Shown: piece after piece, positions 62,662-64,000 of the stretch | Numbering within the stretch: the first letter of the stretch is position 1 | Layout of the letters: the number at the start of each line of letters is the position of its first letter | Assembly (NCBI GenBank): GCA_023213395.1 | Contig: CM041465.1 | Span: 101,253,741-101,317,740, forward strand | Source: Cycas panzhihuaensis | Taxonomy: Eukaryota; Plantae; Cycadophyta | DNA: 64,000 nt | Direction: 5' to 3' | Notes under the pieces: generated by a model | What the model was told of the DNA's origin: nothing | The model's database searches: none | The model's input: only the letters and a program-made list of their open reading frames with translations | Translations under genes and position numbers: made by a program

Positions 62662-64000
62662 TATTAATGTGTATAAAAGACTCGAACAAAATAAATGCAT
62701 GAAACAAATAGATTTGACATGGGAACCCTTTTGGAAAAAATCCACTATAGAATAAATCATCACATTTTTATAAATCTGAATGTTGTACAATACAATAGAC
62801 TTTGATCTATATTTACAGACCGTAACTACCTCAAATAATATTACATTGAGTTTATATTCATTGGTTCATAATACAATATTACATCAATATTATTTGGATA
62901 ATATTATACCACATGTTTATATTAGTTGGTAAGCAGTTATAATACCACTCTAACATCCACTCTTAATATAAATATGGGTTCTTAAAGTCTTCCTAGGGAT
63001 TTATCTATTTCTTTATCCTTATTGATAAATCCTCCTTTAAGGATAACCTCATCAAATCCTAAATATACATGAATATTCATGTAGTGATCTTTAGTAAGAG
63101 CTTGGTAAACACATCCTCAATTTGATCTTCACTTAGATAGAACTTTAACCTACATCTTACCTAATTTGATCTACTCTTAGATGTAATGGTGTTGTGCCTT
63201 ATATGTGCATGATTCTTTAGAAATTATCTCTAATAGTTCCTGTAACCATACAATTCCTCTCTGCATTGACACTCAGTCTATAAAACTCAGTTCATTCCTT
63301 AATTAACCAAGAGGTTAAGCCACTTGAGCTATGTAGATCTCCTCTTCAAGTATTTATTAAGGAATGTTAGAATTTCATTCATTTGATGTGACTCCCAACT
63401 ATATAGAGTTACCAAAGCAAGGATCAATCATACTAATATCAACATAGAGATTGGTGCAAATATCTCCTTATAACTAATTCCTTCTTCCTACAATGAAATC
63501 TTACATAACAAGCTCTTCCAATTTGCAAACTGACTAGGTTCTTGAGGGAAGTAAGGGAACTAAATCTAATATGTCATACTCCTCCTTCATTACATCTTTC
63601 CATTGTGAATATCCACTTATTGGAATGTTGGTATCTATCACAAGTTTGATTGGTATACTGATCCTTGTTTAAAATTCATCCTCTAGGTCTTCAACCATCA
63701 CACTAAAATCCTCAATGGTCCTACTAGCACAAAATGCAAGACAAGGTTGCTATTTATATCTCTTCACATAATGGCTTCTCATCATCACTCCACTAGGTTT
63801 TCCTTCTGTCTCAAACATAATGTTAGGTATATAAACCTCTATACCTATTGAAACATAGCTCGAAAAGATAAGGAATGAAGGATAAAACCTATTTTTAGAT
63901 GACACTTCAACATGATATATCATTAACTTTTTAATTTTATATGTAGACTAATCACAATACTTGCCCCCCTTTTAGATCACATTGTTTGTAAGCTTTGTTT
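62662..64000 (-). mobile_element. Internally deleted Ty1/Copia, 3' end, nested in the Tat element
   Basis: 3' LTR ~62662-62955 (ends ctaaca; left boundary uncertain), PPT 62956-62966, RH C-terminus HHYI*E..SEDQIEDVFTK (63090-63210), RT N-terminus WKDVMKEEYD..DLVP (63555-63610) only ~350 bp away. Confidence 0.85.

Overview
Gene-free, heavily decayed retrotransposon nest from a large land-plant genome (the Tat architecture suggests a gymnosperm; this is inference, not identification). No intact host gene. Contents: (1) fragments of at least five related non-chromovirus Ty3/Gypsy (Tat-like) elements in both orientations. Their pol runs PROT-long linker-RT-RH-INT, and the extra 'archaeal-type' RNase H (aRH) is a free-standing unit outside pol (three copies; downstream of INT where both survive). 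(2) Two homologous, intron-containing Plant Mobile Domain (PMD, aminotransferase-like) pseudogenes in Tat 3' regions, antisense to pol. They are surrounded by short motif arrays: a shared TAGTTTAnnCTCAT motif and family-specific CpG-palindrome arrays. (3) A full-length dead Ty1/Copia (34627-42063), a gag-only Copia derivative with a perfect TTAGC TSD (17605-20954), a 2.1-kb non-autonomous chromovirus-like LTR element (49709-51829) and a deleted Copia at the right edge. (4) About 11 kb of (TA)n-dominated microsatellite arrays, with a perfect fold-back and a ~1-kb duplicated unit. All long YI-repeat ORFs are artefacts of these arrays. Most interesting hypothesis: the Tat 3' cassette (aRH + spliced antisense PMD gene + family-specific motif arrays in its intron and the LTR-side region) is a retrotransposon-encoded, sequence-specific chromatin or anti-silencing system analogous to VANDAL/VANC.
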